The notes under the pieces are model-generated. The model was not told where the DNA came from, ran no database searches, and worked only from the letters and a program-made list of their open reading frames with translations. Positions 44,488 to 44,504 of a stretch of 44,504 bases of DNA are shown in pieces. Position 1 is the stretch's first letter. Each line of letters starts with the position of its first letter. Position numbers and translations under genes: made by a program. Source of the stretch: a phage; the sequence record PZ386946.1. One strand, written 5' to 3'.

Positions 44488-44504
44488 CAATAAGAGGGTA
44501 TAAC

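Noticed and set aside
1-44504. Prophage/temperate features (integrase, CI-like repressor, attachment site), CRISPR array, DNA methyltransferase
   Set aside because: No ORF with recognisable integrase, repressor or methyltransferase motifs and no repeat-spacer array were seen; the element is interpreted as a virulent phage genome.

Overview
The window looks like a complete, circularly permuted genome of a virulent T1-like siphovirus of enterobacteria (Drexlerviridae-like), linearised between the small terminase (43981..44487) and the large terminase (1..1566). This family assignment is an inference from gene content and order; no database search was possible. Plus-strand structural block 1..19682: terminase, portal, head genes, major capsid, major tail protein, G/GT chaperone with a -1 slippery site, tape measure, and lambda-like M/L/K/I/J tail-tip genes. 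It is followed by a minus-strand Cor-like lipoprotein, a recombination module (PD-(D/E)XK exonuclease, ERF annealase, SSB), a minus-strand beta-helix tail fiber, primase, SF2 helicase, VRR-NUC nuclease, a lysis cassette (pinholin-like, SAR endolysin, unimolecular spanin) and a tRNA-Arg(TCT). No integrase, repressor, CRISPR array or methyltransferase was recognised. Features that stand out: (1) a conserved bipartite intergenic motif (AATAGCACGAATTGCTAAA, about 22 nt, TATAGTTA, ATCGAAACGA) present in at least 12 copies; (2) two AT-rich divergent control hubs (about 20.1-20.6 kb and 38.7-39.4 kb) sharing an approximately 90-bp repeat with (ATT)n microsatellites and iteron-like repeats; (3) a duplicated accessory module: two dNMP-kinase-like paralogs, and a 527-aa DUF3987-like P-loop protein with a 181-aa paralog that keeps only its N- and C-terminal ends; (4) a three-gene phospho-transfer cluster (HTH-metallophosphoesterase, PNK-type HAD phosphatase, P-loop kinase); (5) a minus-strand operon of small unknown proteins (35157..38694). 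Items 3-5 are the best candidates for an undescribed accessory or anti-defence system; their functions are hypotheses only.
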